Notes: generated by a model not told the origin, from the letters alone. 64,000 nucleotides of DNA from Candidatus Magasanikbacteria bacterium CG10_big_fil_rev_8_21_14_0_10_36_32 (GCA_002778465.1 PFBV01000003.1:2397-66396); one strand, 5' to 3'. Counted from the first letter of the stretch, positions 28,680 to 39,143 are shown. A program made the numbers and translations.

Positions 28680-29462
28680 TTAAAGAGACTCCTCTTTTTT
28701 CATTACTCGTCTCGGTTTAATAGCTTCCGCTCTATTCTTTTCTTCATTTGCCACAGCTACGGCTTTCTTTTTGTCGTACTCCTTCTTGCCTTCATTAACA
28801 GCATTGGATATGGCATCGGCCATTAATTTAATGGAATTAACAGCATCATCATTTGCCGGAATAATATAACTGGCATCAGTCGGATCAACATTGGTATCGC
28901 AAACAGCGATAATCGGCACATTGGTACGATTAGCTTCGGCTGTAGCGGTTTTTTCCGTACGTAAATCGGCAATATACAATGCGTCAGGCATTTTGTCCAT
29001 TTGAGACAAACCAATTAAATATTTATCCATTTTCTCCAAATCTTTTTTGAATTTAATTTGTTCTTTTTTTGTGTATTTTTCTACTTCACCACTGGCAACC
29101 TGTTCTTTCATGGAAAGATATTTTTTCAAACGGCGTTTCATTTCTTCAAAATTTGTCATTAAACCGCCAATCCATCGTTCAACCAAATAAGGCATCCCGC
29201 AATTTTCCGCCGCCGCCTTAATTAAATCGCGCGCTTGACGCTTTGTTCCGACAAATAAAATAACCTTGCCTTCAGCGGCCAGGTTTTTAACAAAACTTAA
29301 GGTTTTGTCCATTTCCTCAAGTGTTTTTTCCAGATCAATGATGTGAACACCATTTCTGGTTCCGAAAATATATTGTTTCATTTTCGGATGCCAACGTGAT
29401 TTTTGGTGGCCAAAATGCACGCCAAGTTTTAACATCTCTGCAAGAGACGGCAATAAATTCAT
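28680..29462 (-). CDS. rpsB: 30S ribosomal protein S2
   Basis: LKLGVHFGHQKSRWHPKMKQYIFGTRNGVHIIDLEKT. The rpsB-tsf gene pair is conserved. Confidence 0.9.
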   Translation of the reverse strand: MNLLPSLAEMLKLGVHFGHQKSRWHPKMKQYIFGTRNGVHIIDLEKTLEEMDKTLSFVKNLAAEGKVILFVGTKRQARDLIKAAAENCGMPYLVERWIGGLMTNFEEMKRRLKKYLSMKEQVASGEVEKYTKKEQIKFKKDLEKMDKYLIGLSQMDKMPDALYIADLRTEKTATAEANRTNVPIIAVCDTNVDPTDASYIIPANDDAVNSIKLMADAISNAVNEGKKEYDKKKAVAVANEEKNRAEAIKPRRVMKKEESL

Positions 29463-29574
29463 ACTTTTCCTTATTACTTCCTCTCAGTTATACCCCTTGA
29501 GTGGTCAAAGGGAGGAAAAAATTTTCTCCGGATAGCCGGACAAACAAACTGATGAGTGATAAAATATTGTGTAA

Positions 29575-29603
29575 AATATACAATAAATTAAGAAGGTTGT
29601 CAA
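29575..29603 (-). promoter_or_regulatory. sigma70-like promoter (TTGACA-17-TATATT on the minus strand) for rpsB-tsf, with ~110-nt structured leader
   Basis: The reverse complement reads TTGACAaccttcttaatttattgTATATT. The leader contains hairpins ccggctatccgg and cccttt..aagggg. Confidence 0.45.
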
Positions 29604-29663
29604 GAGCAACTTGCCAAAAACCAAATTTTATGCTATTCTTGTGATAAGAATTTAGCTAAAAAT

Positions 29664-30407
29664 ATGAAAAAACATATGGAACAATATCGTACTATTGAAC
29701 AAAAAGAAATTGAATCAGACGAACTCAAAAAAGTCAGAGAATTTTTCGTTGACGCCTTACCGCTGATTGATTCATCTGTAACGAAAAAAATGACGCCAAA
29801 ACAGCTTTTTGACGCTTACCAAGATTTTATAAACAATGACCCGTCATTTGAACATTTTCAAACTGTCGCTTCATTAGGAAATTCAAAAGAATCTTTTTCT
29901 CGCAATGATCTAAAATCACAACCACAACTTTTGAATTTGTGGAAAAAATATCTGATTAAAAAATTACCGGCCGCGTTAGTAGAACGACAAGTGGAAATAC
30001 AGCAAGTTGATGATGAAGAAGATTTAGATGCTGATAAATTAGAAAGTTTACATAAAAAAAGATTAGAAATCGGACACAAAATGGTTTTAGGTTTTCATGT
30101 CACTGATAATCAAATTGATGGCGACATTTTGCCAAGCAAAATTCCCACCACGTTATTCGGTGAAGAAAAAATTGATATTCCGGCCGGAAAAACATTTTAT
30201 TCTTCCAGTCCAAAAGCTCTATATAAGCAACGCAATAAAAACCTTATTTTTGTTGAGGGTGACCAATTGGAAATTGAGGAACAACGTAAAAAAACCGGCG
30301 TTGCTCATGGTGGCGGTGAATGGATTAGTACCAACCGCAGACTTCCAACATTAGAATCCTTTGATTTAACAACTTTAAACGAACCTTTGGAATTAAAGTC
30401 CATATAA
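29664..30407 (+). CDS. hypothetical acidic protein
   Basis: 247-aa ORF with no recognisable motif. Transcribed divergently from rpsB. Confidence 0.35.
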   Translation: MKKHMEQYRTIEQKEIESDELKKVREFFVDALPLIDSSVTKKMTPKQLFDAYQDFINNDPSFEHFQTVASLGNSKESFSRNDLKSQPQLLNLWKKYLIKKLPAALVERQVEIQQVDDEEDLDADKLESLHKKRLEIGHKMVLGFHVTDNQIDGDILPSKIPTTLFGEEKIDIPAGKTFYSSSPKALYKQRNKNLIFVEGDQLEIEEQRKKTGVAHGGGEWISTNRRLPTLESFDLTTLNEPLELKSI

Positions 30408-30408
30408 C

Positions 30409-30437
30409 TTGACAATTTCAAAACTATTTGTTAATAT
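30409..30437 (+). promoter_or_regulatory. sigma70-like promoter TTGACA-17-TAATAT for rpmE
   Basis: TTGACA at 30409-30414, 17-nt spacer, TAATAT at 30432-30437, about 27 nt upstream of the rpmE ATG. Confidence 0.5.
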
Positions 30438-30464
30438 AGCAACCACATTTAATAATAACTATCT

Positions 30465-30773
30465 ATGAAAAAAGACATTCACCCCGAATTTCACACTGAC
30501 TGTAAAGTCACCTGCGCCTGCGGTAACACATTTACCACTGGCAGCACAATGAAAGAAATCCGCATTGAGTTATGTAACCAATGCCATCCTTTTTATACCG
30601 GAAAACAAAAATTCGTTGACAGTGCTCGCCGAGTAGAAAAATTCCAAGAACGAGCGGAAAAACAAGCGGCTTTATTAAAAACTGTAAAAACAAAAAAGAC
30701 TGCTAAGACTGAAGGGGTTGAGACTCCAGAAAAAACAAAAAAAACTGCTAAAAAAGCTGTCAAAAAAGCTTAG
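30465..30773 (+). CDS. rpmE: 50S ribosomal protein L31 (zinc-binding type) with Lys-rich C-terminal extension
   Basis: [28 protein letters not shown]...[10 protein letters not shown] (CxxC..CxxC). Confidence 0.85.
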   Translation: MKKDIHPEFHTDCKVTCACGNTFTTGSTMKEIRIELCNQCHPFYTGKQKFVDSARRVEKFQERAEKQAALLKTVKTKKTAKTEGVETPEKTKKTAKKAVKKA

Positions 30774-30785
30774 CGTTAATAATTA

Positions 30786-30822
30786 AAAAACAGACATGGA
30801 TATTTCCAGTCTGTTTTTTTAT
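30786..30822 (+). terminator. intrinsic terminator after rpmE
   Basis: Hairpin acagac..gtctgt followed by a run of seven T. Confidence 0.55.
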
Positions 30823-30926
30823 TAGATAACAAAACGAACGAAATAAAAATTTATTTTTATTTCCGAAAAAGTCGACAATATTATATCTAATAGAAATATA
30901 TTCAAATTATATGATAAACTAATGAT

Positions 30927-31997
30927 ATGCTTCAAAAATATATTGACATAAAAAATAAATTTAAACAGTTAGAAAACGACCTGCAAAATCCGGCCGTGAT
31001 TAATGATACAAAAAAATTAAAAACCGTGTCGCAGGAATACTCTGATTTAAAATCAACGGCTGAAAAAATTATTGAATTAGAAATTACAGAAAATAATATC
31101 GTTGAAACAAAAAAAATACTAACGGAAGAACAAGAATCGGAATTACAAGAAATTGCTAAAAATGAATTATCAGGATTGGAAAACAAAAAAGAACAACAAG
31201 AAGAAGAGTTGGAAAAAATAACCCGTCCGCAAGATCCAATGGACAAAAAAGATGTAATCATGGAAATTCGCGCCGGTGTTGGCGGAGACGAATCAGCTTT
31301 ATTCACCGCCGATCTTTATAGAATGTATTCCAAATATGCTGACAATCGCGGATGGAAAACTCAACTTATTGATTCTAATATGATTGGTATTGGTGGATTT
31401 AAGGAAGTTATTTTTTCTATCAAAGCCAATCCATCAAATAATGGAGTTTATAAAGATTTAAAATATGAAATGGGTGTACATCGCGTTCAACGCGTTCCGG
31501 AAACAGAAAAATCCGGCAGAATTCACACATCCACTGTTACTGTGGCTGTTTTGCCTGAAATTGAAGAAAAAGAAATAAAAATTGACCCAAAAGATTTACG
31601 AATTGACACTTTTTGCGCCGGAGGACACGGCGGACAAAGTGTAAACACAACTTATTCGGCAGTTCGTATTATTCATGTTCCAACCAATACTATGGTTCAA
31701 TGTCAAGATGAACGTTCACAAGCTGCCAACAAAGAAAAAGCCATGTCTGTATTAAGATCACGCCTTTATGAAGTGGATAGACAAAAAAAAGAAAAAGAAT
31801 TGTCAGAAAAAAGAAAATCACAAATCGGCAGTGGCGACCGAAGTGAAAAAATACGCACCTATAATTTTCCTCAAGACAGGATCACAGATCATCGCATCAA
31901 TCAAAATTGGAACAATATCGGAAATATTTTAAATGGGAATTTAGAACCCCTAATAACCGCTTTGCGCGAAGCTGATTACGAAGCGATGGCGCAATAA
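30927..31997 (+). CDS. prfA: peptide chain release factor 1
   Basis: GGQ motif ([13 protein letters not shown]) and RF1-type PxT tripeptide ([13 protein letters not shown]). Confidence 0.9.
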   Translation: MLQKYIDIKNKFKQLENDLQNPAVINDTKKLKTVSQEYSDLKSTAEKIIELEITENNIVETKKILTEEQESELQEIAKNELSGLENKKEQQEEELEKITRPQDPMDKKDVIMEIRAGVGGDESALFTADLYRMYSKYADNRGWKTQLIDSNMIGIGGFKEVIFSIKANPSNNGVYKDLKYEMGVHRVQRVPETEKSGRIHTSTVTVAVLPEIEEKEIKIDPKDLRIDTFCAGGHGGQSVNTTYSAVRIIHVPTNTMVQCQDERSQAANKEKAMSVLRSRLYEVDRQKKEKELSEKRKSQIGSGDRSEKIRTYNFPQDRITDHRINQNWNNIGNILNGNLEPLITALREADYEAMAQ

Positions 31998-32008
31998 TTT
32001 TACGGCTT

Positions 32009-33463
32009 GTGTCTTCCAAAACTAAGATAATTTTAATTTGCATAATCGTCGCGGCGACCGCTTTGCGTTTGTTGACTATTTTAAAATACGGCGCATTTAT
32101 TTGGGATGAAATATTTAGTTTTACTTACAGTCAAAAAACTTGGCTGGAAAGCATTAAAATATGGCTTTGGGAAACAAACCCACCATTACATATGGCAATT
32201 CTCAAAATCTGGTTTTATATTTTTCCAACCAACGAATTTTTTACCCGCCTGCCCAGTTTAATATTTGGCGTTTTAAGTGTTTGTGCAGTATACAAAACCA
32301 CCCTTAAAATTTTTAATAACAATCGCTTAGCCGTTATTTCCGCTACTGTATTGGCCTTTTCGCCATATCATATTTTTATGTCCGCTACCGGCCGAGGTTA
32401 TTCACTTCTAATCCTGCTTGATATTTTATCCGTTTACTTTTTTTATCAAATATTTTTTGAAAACAAATCTGACAAAAAAAGTATTTTTTTTCTCGGCTTA
32501 ATAAATTTATTGTTAATGTTCACCCATCTGACCTCGGTTATTATCATCGTCGGACAATTAATAGTTTTAGCAGTTCAAAAATCCAATTTTAAATTTTGGT
32601 TTAAAATAAATGCCATTCCCCTGTTATGTTTCGGAGTTTGGTCAGCTTTCTCTTTGCCGTTAAAAATAAACTTTGATTTATTCGGCAGTGGCTGGTATTT
32701 TTGGCTAAAAACAAATTTAATTGACATAATTAATTCTCTGCAACCTCTTTTACTCGGTCCGCATTATAAAATTTCCGGTTGTTTGATTTCCGCAATTTTT
32801 ATATTAACATCCGGAATTATTATTTATCGGCAAATTCATTATAAAAACACGGATACAAAATTTATTATTCTGTTAACTGCATCCATAACACCAATAATCG
32901 CCGCTGGAATGCTTGGTCTCTGGAATATTAAATTTTTTATAATTGTTCTGCCTTGGTTCGCGATTATTATCGCCTATCTGATAAATAAACTGATAAAAAA
33001 TAATCTACTCGCTACCGGAATAATAATTCTGCTGGTTCTACCCGGCTGGACTTATCTCTATAAACTTTTACCGCTAAATGACTGGCGCATAATAAATAAT
33101 TATTTGGCGGAAAATTATCAACCGGCAAAAAAACAAGTTTTTATTTATAATTTATTTATTGATAAATTACTGATTGAAAGATATTATCAAAGTCCAATTC
33201 CAACTTTACCATATTTTACAGGTACTGACTGGGCAGCTGATATTGTTTCAAAAAATTATCTGCGTTATATCCATCCGCAAGATGAAATTAATCAGTGGTT
33301 AAACAATCAACAATTAGAAAATTTTGATGAAATATTTTTAGAAGAAGAAAAATGTGGTATTGATTTGAGTACTATTCTGCCAGGTCGCGGCTGGAAACTA
33401 AAAAAAATAATTGACGCTCACCAGTTAGACAGAAAAAAACTTTATCATTATGTTAGACATTAA
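32009..33463 (+). CDS. polytopic membrane glycosyltransferase-like protein (GT39/GT83 ArnT/PMT-like fold)
   Basis: ~13 TM helices. The N-terminal loop with a D-E pair (AFIWDEIFSF) resembles the aminoarabinose/mannosyltransferase family. 484 aa. Confidence 0.45.
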   Translation: MSSKTKIILICIIVAATALRLLTILKYGAFIWDEIFSFTYSQKTWLESIKIWLWETNPPLHMAILKIWFYIFPTNEFFTRLPSLIFGVLSVCAVYKTTLKIFNNNRLAVISATVLAFSPYHIFMSATGRGYSLLILLDILSVYFFYQIFFENKSDKKSIFFLGLINLLLMFTHLTSVIIIVGQLIVLAVQKSNFKFWFKINAIPLLCFGVWSAFSLPLKINFDLFGSGWYFWLKTNLIDIINSLQPLLLGPHYKISGCLISAIFILTSGIIIYRQIHYKNTDTKFIILLTASITPIIAAGMLGLWNIKFFIIVLPWFAIIIAYLINKLIKNNLLATGIIILLVLPGWTYLYKLLPLNDWRIINNYLAENYQPAKKQVFIYNLFIDKLLIERYYQSPIPTLPYFTGTDWAADIVSKNYLRYIHPQDEINQWLNNQQLENFDEIFLEEEKCGIDLSTILPGRGWKLKKIIDAHQLDRKKLYHYVRH

Positions 33464-34313
33464 AACAATCTGGAAAAAATACTCAGAAATTGACAGTCAA
33501 GAACTAATTATTCTTTTTAGTTTGGCTATCCGCCAATCAAAAGAATTTGTACTAAGTCATACTGATTATAAAATGTCCTGCTTGGAACGCTGGCGGTTGT
33601 GGTGGCTAACAAAACGCCACAAACAAGGCTGGCCAACCGCCTATTTGGCCAGACATAAAGAATTTTACGGCTTGAATTTTTTAGTTAACAAAAATACTTT
33701 GATTCCTCGTTCAAGCACGGAGTCAATGGTGGAATTGGTTATTGAAAACTTAAAAAATAATCATTCCGAACCAAGAAAAATGCTAATTGATATAGGCACT
33801 GGTACAGGTTGCATTCCGATCAGTATTATTAAAACATTAAATGATAGCAATATAAAAACAATCGCGACTGATATTTCAAAAAAGGCTTTGCGAGTGGCCA
33901 AACAAAACGCCCAACGCCACAATGTTGATATCCAATTTATCCATGGCGATTTATTAAAACCATTCATCAACAATTATTCCGCAATAATTAATAACCGCCG
34001 TTTGTTTATCACCGCCAATTTACCATATTTGACACAAAATTGGATTAAATCAGAACCCGGCATACAAAAAGAACCTATTTCCGCCTTATTGTCCGACAAT
34101 AAACATGGTTTATCTCTTTATGAAAAATTTTTCCAACAAATTAAATTTATAATATTAAACTTCAACAGTTCCCCGTCAATCTTTATTGAAATTGACTCAC
34201 GGCAGTCAGTAATGGCAATGGAATTGGCAAAAAAATATTTTCCTAAAGCAAAAATAGAAATAAAAAAAGATCTCGCTCGGCGAGATCGCATATTAACAAT
34301 TTATCAAAATTAA
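33450..34313 (+). CDS. prmC: release-factor glutamine N5-methyltransferase (PrmC/HemK)
   Basis: SAM motif IDIGTGTGCIPISI and NPPY-type motif TANLPY. It sits near prfA and overlaps the preceding gene by 14 nt. Confidence 0.75.
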   Translation: MLDIKTIWKKYSEIDSQELIILFSLAIRQSKEFVLSHTDYKMSCLERWRLWWLTKRHKQGWPTAYLARHKEFYGLNFLVNKNTLIPRSSTESMVELVIENLKNNHSEPRKMLIDIGTGTGCIPISIIKTLNDSNIKTIATDISKKALRVAKQNAQRHNVDIQFIHGDLLKPFINNYSAIINNRRLFITANLPYLTQNWIKSEPGIQKEPISALLSDNKHGLSLYEKFFQQIKFIILNFNSSPSIFIEIDSRQSVMAMELAKKYFPKAKIEIKKDLARRDRILTIYQN

Positions 34314-34346
34314 ACTATTCCGGATTTATGTCGGAATAGTTTAATT

Positions 34347-35411
34347 TTATACGGAAATTTCAATTGCTAAATTTTCCGGCACGATCATCAACCAAATTTT
34401 TCCAGGAATTAAAAATATTTCTGTCATATCTTTATTATAAAAACGAGTTCTTTCTGGACGTCCATCTTTTTTCCAAATTCCTCTTATCATTTCACCGCGT
34501 CTAAAAATACGAGCTTCCCCCTCGCCTATTGTTTCTATTTGCCTCCGTCCAACATTATCTAAAGTAATCATGGTGGCATATTGAACCAAAATATTTTCCG
34601 CCGTTATTGGTTGACCGTTGCCATCCAACATTTTTTCTCCATTAAGCCAACGCTCATAATTTCGATTATCTAAATTATACTTCCAAACAACTTCAAAACC
34701 ACGACCATAACGGATTTTTATTTCTGTCACGGATTCCGATGAAGCAATGATGGTTGGATTTGAATCAAATAACCAACCTTCCCAACTCCAACCAGGATGT
34801 TTTTCTCCATACTTATCAAAAATTAAATTCCATTGCTGGCTGGCGGTAAATAAATTATATGGCGCCGTCCGATTATGATCACGCCAATAATAATTTCCCC
34901 AATAAAATTCATTAGCATCAAAAATTTTTCTTTCTTTAATTAAACCCAATGCTTCCGGCGAACCGCCACAATGCATATAAAGAGCATCGCCATATTCAGC
35001 CAACCAATCCAAAAAATACGGTCGGGCGCTTCTAACAGGTCCGACTTCAGATACATTTTGTTCATCTCCAATCGGATAAATTGCCAAAAATCTGCTGGTC
35101 ACACCTTCCATTGGCGCTTCATAAATAATCGCCGCCTCATTTACTCCGTTTAAAGGTAAGGCATCAAAATGTCCGTCAATCATTACACCAACCACATCAG
35201 GTGTTTCATCTTCAATTGTGGCAACACCTGTTCCATCTAACTTACTCCGATGATTAAACTGCGTTATTCCTAAAAAATTATCTTTGTTAGGATTGGTGAT
35301 CCAAACAGTTCCTTCTTGCCCAAAATAAAAATAATAACAAAGAATGGCGGCCGAAGCGGTCATTAATCCAAAACTCAAAATAAGTTTTTGCCAATCGGAT
35401 TTTTTTAACAT
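34347..35411 (-). CDS. DUF3048-domain protein (YerB-like), membrane-anchored
   Basis: GVTSRFLAIYPIGDEQNVSEVGPVRSARPYFLDWLAEYGDALYMHCGGS matches the conserved DUF3048 core. N-terminal TM. Confidence 0.6.
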   Translation of the reverse strand: MLKKSDWQKLILSFGLMTASAAILCYYFYFGQEGTVWITNPNKDNFLGITQFNHRSKLDGTGVATIEDETPDVVGVMIDGHFDALPLNGVNEAAIIYEAPMEGVTSRFLAIYPIGDEQNVSEVGPVRSARPYFLDWLAEYGDALYMHCGGSPEALGLIKERKIFDANEFYWGNYYWRDHNRTAPYNLFTASQQWNLIFDKYGEKHPGWSWEGWLFDSNPTIIASSESVTEIKIRYGRGFEVVWKYNLDNRNYERWLNGEKMLDGNGQPITAENILVQYATMITLDNVGRRQIETIGEGEARIFRRGEMIRGIWKKDGRPERTRFYNKDMTEIFLIPGKIWLMIVPENLAIEISV

Positions 35412-35435
35412 ATATTCTATTATACCAGAAATTAA

Positions 35436-35466
35436 ATAAAAAAAGCCACCGATTTGATTCAGTGGC
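35436..35466 (-). terminator. intrinsic terminator downstream of the Cys-rich small ORF
   Basis: Hairpin gccac-cgatttgattca-gtggc, followed by a T-run on the minus strand. Confidence 0.5.
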
Positions 35467-35497
35467 CTTATGTGAAAGAACTGCTGTTAAGAAAACC

Positions 35498-35809
35498 TTA
35501 GATGTCGTCTTCGTCCTTGAAGAAACCGATGTTGTCGCAAGGACAAGCTTCGCGCTGTAAACGCTCTTGACGGTACTCGTGACAATAGGAACACTCTTCG
35601 GACGAAAGACACATGGCACCCAGATAGCCCTGCTTCTCTCGCTCAATACACCGCTTCTCAATGTCACTCCCATGCGATACCTCGTATACATGGCCAGCCA
35701 AACACTGAACGTTGTACGTGATATCCTCCTTGTTTTGCCTATTTTTAGTAAGACTTGATTGATTTTCCAAAGAACGGATTATTATATCATATTTTAAAAC
35801 TTTTGTCAA
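35498..35809 (-). CDS. small soluble Cys-rich protein (CxxC..CxC, acidic C-terminus) in a GC-rich island; start codon uncertain
   Basis: Protein-like frame ...CLSSEECSYCHEYRQERLQREACPCDNIGFFKDEDDI. GC and C-ending codons are far above genome background. A consensus promoter inside the annotated 5-prime end argues for a shorter product. Confidence 0.4.
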   Translation of the reverse strand: MTKVLKYDIIIRSLENQSSLTKNRQNKEDITYNVQCLAGHVYEVSHGSDIEKRCIEREKQGYLGAMCLSSEECSYCHEYRQERLQREACPCDNIGFFKDEDDI

Positions 35810-35835
35810 TACCTTAATTTAGCTTATCTTAGCTA

Positions 35836-35869
35836 AAACAAAAATCCATCCGCCAAATGGCGGATGGAT
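35836..35869 (-). terminator. intrinsic terminator downstream of rplY
   Basis: Perfect 11-bp hairpin atccatccgcc-aaat-ggcggatggat, followed by a T-rich run on the minus strand. Confidence 0.6.
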
Positions 35870-35882
35870 CTTAAAATTTTTA

Positions 35883-36581
35883 TTACTCTTTTTTCGTCTC
35901 TTCTTTCTTTTCTTCTCCGGCTTCAGCAGCGGCTTCTTCGCCTTCTTTAGCTTCTTTGGCCGGTTCAGCGGATTCAATCTTGGTTAAATCAGCATCTTTA
36001 GTACTTTCACTTTCCATTGCTTTAATTTCTTCTTCAGTCAAAGCCGGTACAGCTTTAACAATAATAGCATCATCATCCACTTCATAAAATTTAACACCCG
36101 CCGGCAAATTTAAATCTGACACACGAAACGCGTCATCAAATGTTTTTAAAACAGACAAATCAACATCCAAATGACTGACTAAATCTTTCGGTAAACATTC
36201 AATGTCAATCATTTCAAAGTTACGCACCAAAGTACCACCAGCTTCCTTGATAGCCTGTGATTCACCAATAAAAATCAATTCTACCGGCGCGACTAAAGTT
36301 TTATTCATATCAATTCTTTTCAAATCAACATGAATTACTCTGTCTTTTACCGGATCATATTGCACATCTTGTACCAAGACTTTTCCTTCTGCTTTACCGT
36401 CCACTTCCAAATCAATCAAAGTGGAATCTCCGGCTTCTTGGTAAACTTTATTAAATTCTTTAAAAGTCAATGACACGGAATCAGCTTCTCCTCCCGCACC
36501 ATAAATAACAGCTGGTAATAAACCGTCCACTCTGACTTTTTCTCCTTTTTGTTCTCGCTTTACAGCATTAATTTTAAACAT
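35883..36581 (-). CDS. rplY: 50S ribosomal protein L25/general stress protein Ctc form
   Basis: MFKINAVKREQKGEKVRVDGLLPAVIYGAG...VHVDLKRI-like core plus an acidic/Lys-rich C-terminal tail. Confidence 0.85.
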   Translation of the reverse strand: MFKINAVKREQKGEKVRVDGLLPAVIYGAGGEADSVSLTFKEFNKVYQEAGDSTLIDLEVDGKAEGKVLVQDVQYDPVKDRVIHVDLKRIDMNKTLVAPVELIFIGESQAIKEAGGTLVRNFEMIDIECLPKDLVSHLDVDLSVLKTFDDAFRVSDLNLPAGVKFYEVDDDAIIVKAVPALTEEEIKAMESESTKDADLTKIESAEPAKEAKEGEEAAAEAGEEKKEETKKE

Positions 36582-36589
36582 ACATTATT

Positions 36590-36967
36590 TTATATTTTCC
36601 CGACACTGTGTCGGAATCCCGACTTTGCGTCTGGATAATTTTTAATTAAATTATTTTCTTTAATTTGTCTAATGCCATCAATCATTTCGTCCATTACAAT
36701 CGGTTCTAACTGGCAAAATTTTTCCGCATCAGAGAAATTCAAATCACTTACCATCCCCATTGAACTCAAACTGTGTCCCACCTCAACCACCATGGCGATA
36801 AAATTACCAGCACATTTGACACAACTAATATGAATCAAGCTGGCCTTGTCTTGCGAAGCGAAAAGCCGCGCATTTTTCGTATTGTAAATACTGCCACAAA
36901 CCGGACACTTATTGATAAATTTAAGCGCTTCTCTCCAAGAATCAGATTTCTTTTTCTCCGGTATCAT
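36590..36967 (-). CDS. small zinc-ribbon protein, hypothetical
   Basis: The CPVCGS ... CVKCAG pair is spaced like a zinc ribbon. Immediately upstream of rplY and likely co-transcribed. Confidence 0.4.
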   Translation of the reverse strand: MIPEKKKSDSWREALKFINKCPVCGSIYNTKNARLFASQDKASLIHISCVKCAGNFIAMVVEVGHSLSSMGMVSDLNFSDAEKFCQLEPIVMDEMIDGIRQIKENNLIKNYPDAKSGFRHSVGKI

Positions 36968-37049
36968 AATAAAGTAGCCTTATATTACACAATTCAGCTA
37001 TTTTTGTCAACCCCCGTAAGAGTATACTGACAAAACCAAAACTTATTAT

Positions 37050-39143
37050 TTATTTTAAACTTAATTTTCCAACGGTTTCCCATGTTTTTTCATCTAAAAC
37101 AACAATCTCATCAGAACCGATTAAATAAAGATAATCCGATAAATAAACTGCCCGTGAAATTTGCAATCCACTGATAGCTTTTAATAACGTTAATTTATCA
37201 TCGGCATAACTAAATACATAACCGCCTTGTCCTCCTGGAATAAAAAATACACTATGTTTTTCATCTAACAAAAAGGCGTGATGATTATTTAATGCTTCAG
37301 ACCAATACTCATTAAGCGTATATTTTGAAACTTCGACCGGCAATTCAGCTGTTGCTACATCAAAAATTGAAATTTTAACTTTTCCACTTTCCTGTCCCAA
37401 ACCTAAAACTTTATGATTTGGCAACGGATGCAAGTAAGAAGAATAACCCGGAATTTTCAGTTCACCGCGTAATAATGGTTTTTTTGGATTAGCTAAATCT
37501 AAAACGAAAAATGGGTCAGTTTGACGAAAAGTCACCATATAACCACGATCATCCATAAACCTAACCGCATATATTCTTTCTTCTTCACCCATATCCTGCA
37601 GAACGCCTGATATTTTCAATTCATCATCTAAGACATAAATATCATTAACTGTTTTTCGACTACCTCCAATACTGCCAATCCCCCAAAAATTTTCACCGAC
37701 AGTTGTGGCTAAACGCAAATGATTATCATATTCATCCATAGAAAATTGATTTAACAACTGTCCAGGAACTTGTCCGGAAGCGGAAATTTTCATTTTATTT
37801 AAATCTATTTTAACAATTCCTGTTTGTTCCAAATCACGACGATGCTTAGAATAATATTCATCCAAACGATTAGTTAAATCGTTTTGTATTTTTAAATTAT
37901 CATCGTCACTCAAAGAATTCATAAAACGATTAATTACCACATTCAACTCTGATAATTTTGACGACTGACTTAAATCATAACTGCTTAATTGAGCAATTTT
38001 CGTCAACATCCATTGTGGAATGATATCTTTATTTTCAGAAAAGAAATCATAGGTAAAATTTACCAAATCACCCATATAAGAATATGTCAGGTAAGCGGCA
38101 TTTGGCGACATATAAAAAACAGACTGTCCTGATGAACCAACAAAAGATACTTTATCTCCAACCACACCGGTTTCAGCTTTGACAGACAACAAAGTATAAG
38201 TGACATCCACATCACCTACGGTAGTTGGATAATAAATATCTCCGCAAGCCACATTGATTTCTCCTTCAGGCAAAATAATCGGCTGTAACGGACATGGCTT
38301 TGTATAATTTACACTATCAGAAACAGATAGATAAATAGTCCCATCCATCAAACGAGCATTAATCAAAGATGACCGTTTGCCTAATTCCATACTCCACTTT
38401 TCTTTTGGCGACATTTTATCGGTCACATCATAAGCGACAATCTTATTTTGATTATCAAAAACCACTAAAATATTTTCATAAAGTAATAAATCGCCATAAT
38501 TTTCAATTTTTCCGTCTTCCTTCAAATCAGTCGGTGGAAAAGCCATTACCAATTTGGTTTCACCTAACGCTTGATAATAAGGAGGTACTGACTCACCCTT
38601 TCTAATCATCGTATCCATTGCCGGTTCAGTCATATTCACGGACGGAGTAGTTGTATAATAACGCACCATTGGCTGTCTGACTGACAAATAAAGTTCTTTA
38701 CCATCAGTTTTTACAATATCCGGTTCATCAATACCAGTCACTTGCACATTAGTTTTAGAAATTCTATCAGCCGATACACTGCTGTCTGAAGCCACTGTTT
38801 TACCAATTTCACCCATTCCTGCGGGTACGGCATTTGGCAAAGCCATTTCCATAGTTGCCATTGTTCGTGCACTGCCGCCAATTCCATAATATCCACTGCC
38901 GCCGGTATGATTGGCTAAAAAATCCTTAAACTCCTGCTCTGAAGAAAATTTCTTAATATCCTTTAAGTCAGCTGTTTTAAAATCACTAATCGTAGTAATC
39001 GGCGCTGGAGAAATAACTTGGCCGTCTTTGGAAAATTTCAAATCACCATGCCAAAATCCGTAAACTACTACGCCGAAAAAAATTGTTAAAATAATTAAAA
39101 ATACAAAAATACCAACTTTTGCAAAAGAATTTTTTGTTAACAT
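37050..39143 (-). CDS. secreted beta-propeller domain protein (Beta_propel PF09826-like) with N-terminal TM/signal anchor
   Basis: N-terminal TM (IFVFLIILTIFFGVVVYGFW). The motif GIDEPDIVKTDGKELYLS resembles the hallmark DEaDIVKTDG of the family. ~700 aa. Confidence 0.5.
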   Translation of the reverse strand: MLTKNSFAKVGIFVFLIILTIFFGVVVYGFWHGDLKFSKDGQVISPAPITTISDFKTADLKDIKKFSSEQEFKDFLANHTGGSGYYGIGGSARTMATMEMALPNAVPAGMGEIGKTVASDSSVSADRISKTNVQVTGIDEPDIVKTDGKELYLSVRQPMVRYYTTTPSVNMTEPAMDTMIRKGESVPPYYQALGETKLVMAFPPTDLKEDGKIENYGDLLLYENILVVFDNQNKIVAYDVTDKMSPKEKWSMELGKRSSLINARLMDGTIYLSVSDSVNYTKPCPLQPIILPEGEINVACGDIYYPTTVGDVDVTYTLLSVKAETGVVGDKVSFVGSSGQSVFYMSPNAAYLTYSYMGDLVNFTYDFFSENKDIIPQWMLTKIAQLSSYDLSQSSKLSELNVVINRFMNSLSDDDNLKIQNDLTNRLDEYYSKHRRDLEQTGIVKIDLNKMKISASGQVPGQLLNQFSMDEYDNHLRLATTVGENFWGIGSIGGSRKTVNDIYVLDDELKISGVLQDMGEEERIYAVRFMDDRGYMVTFRQTDPFFVLDLANPKKPLLRGELKIPGYSSYLHPLPNHKVLGLGQESGKVKISIFDVATAELPVEVSKYTLNEYWSEALNNHHAFLLDEKHSVFFIPGGQGGYVFSYADDKLTLLKAISGLQISRAVYLSDYLYLIGSDEIVVLDEKTWETVGKLSLK

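Noticed and set aside
30932-31306. 124-aa minus-strand ORF inside prfA
   Set aside because: It is antisense to a confidently identified essential gene. The Ser/Cys-rich low-complexity translation is spurious.
35287-35691. 134-aa ORF in alternate frame across the GC-rich island
   Set aside because: It reads through the hairpin terminator at 35445-35466 into the 5-prime region of the next gene. Its composition is Ser/Thr/Val/Arg-biased, typical of an off-frame translation of GC-rich DNA.
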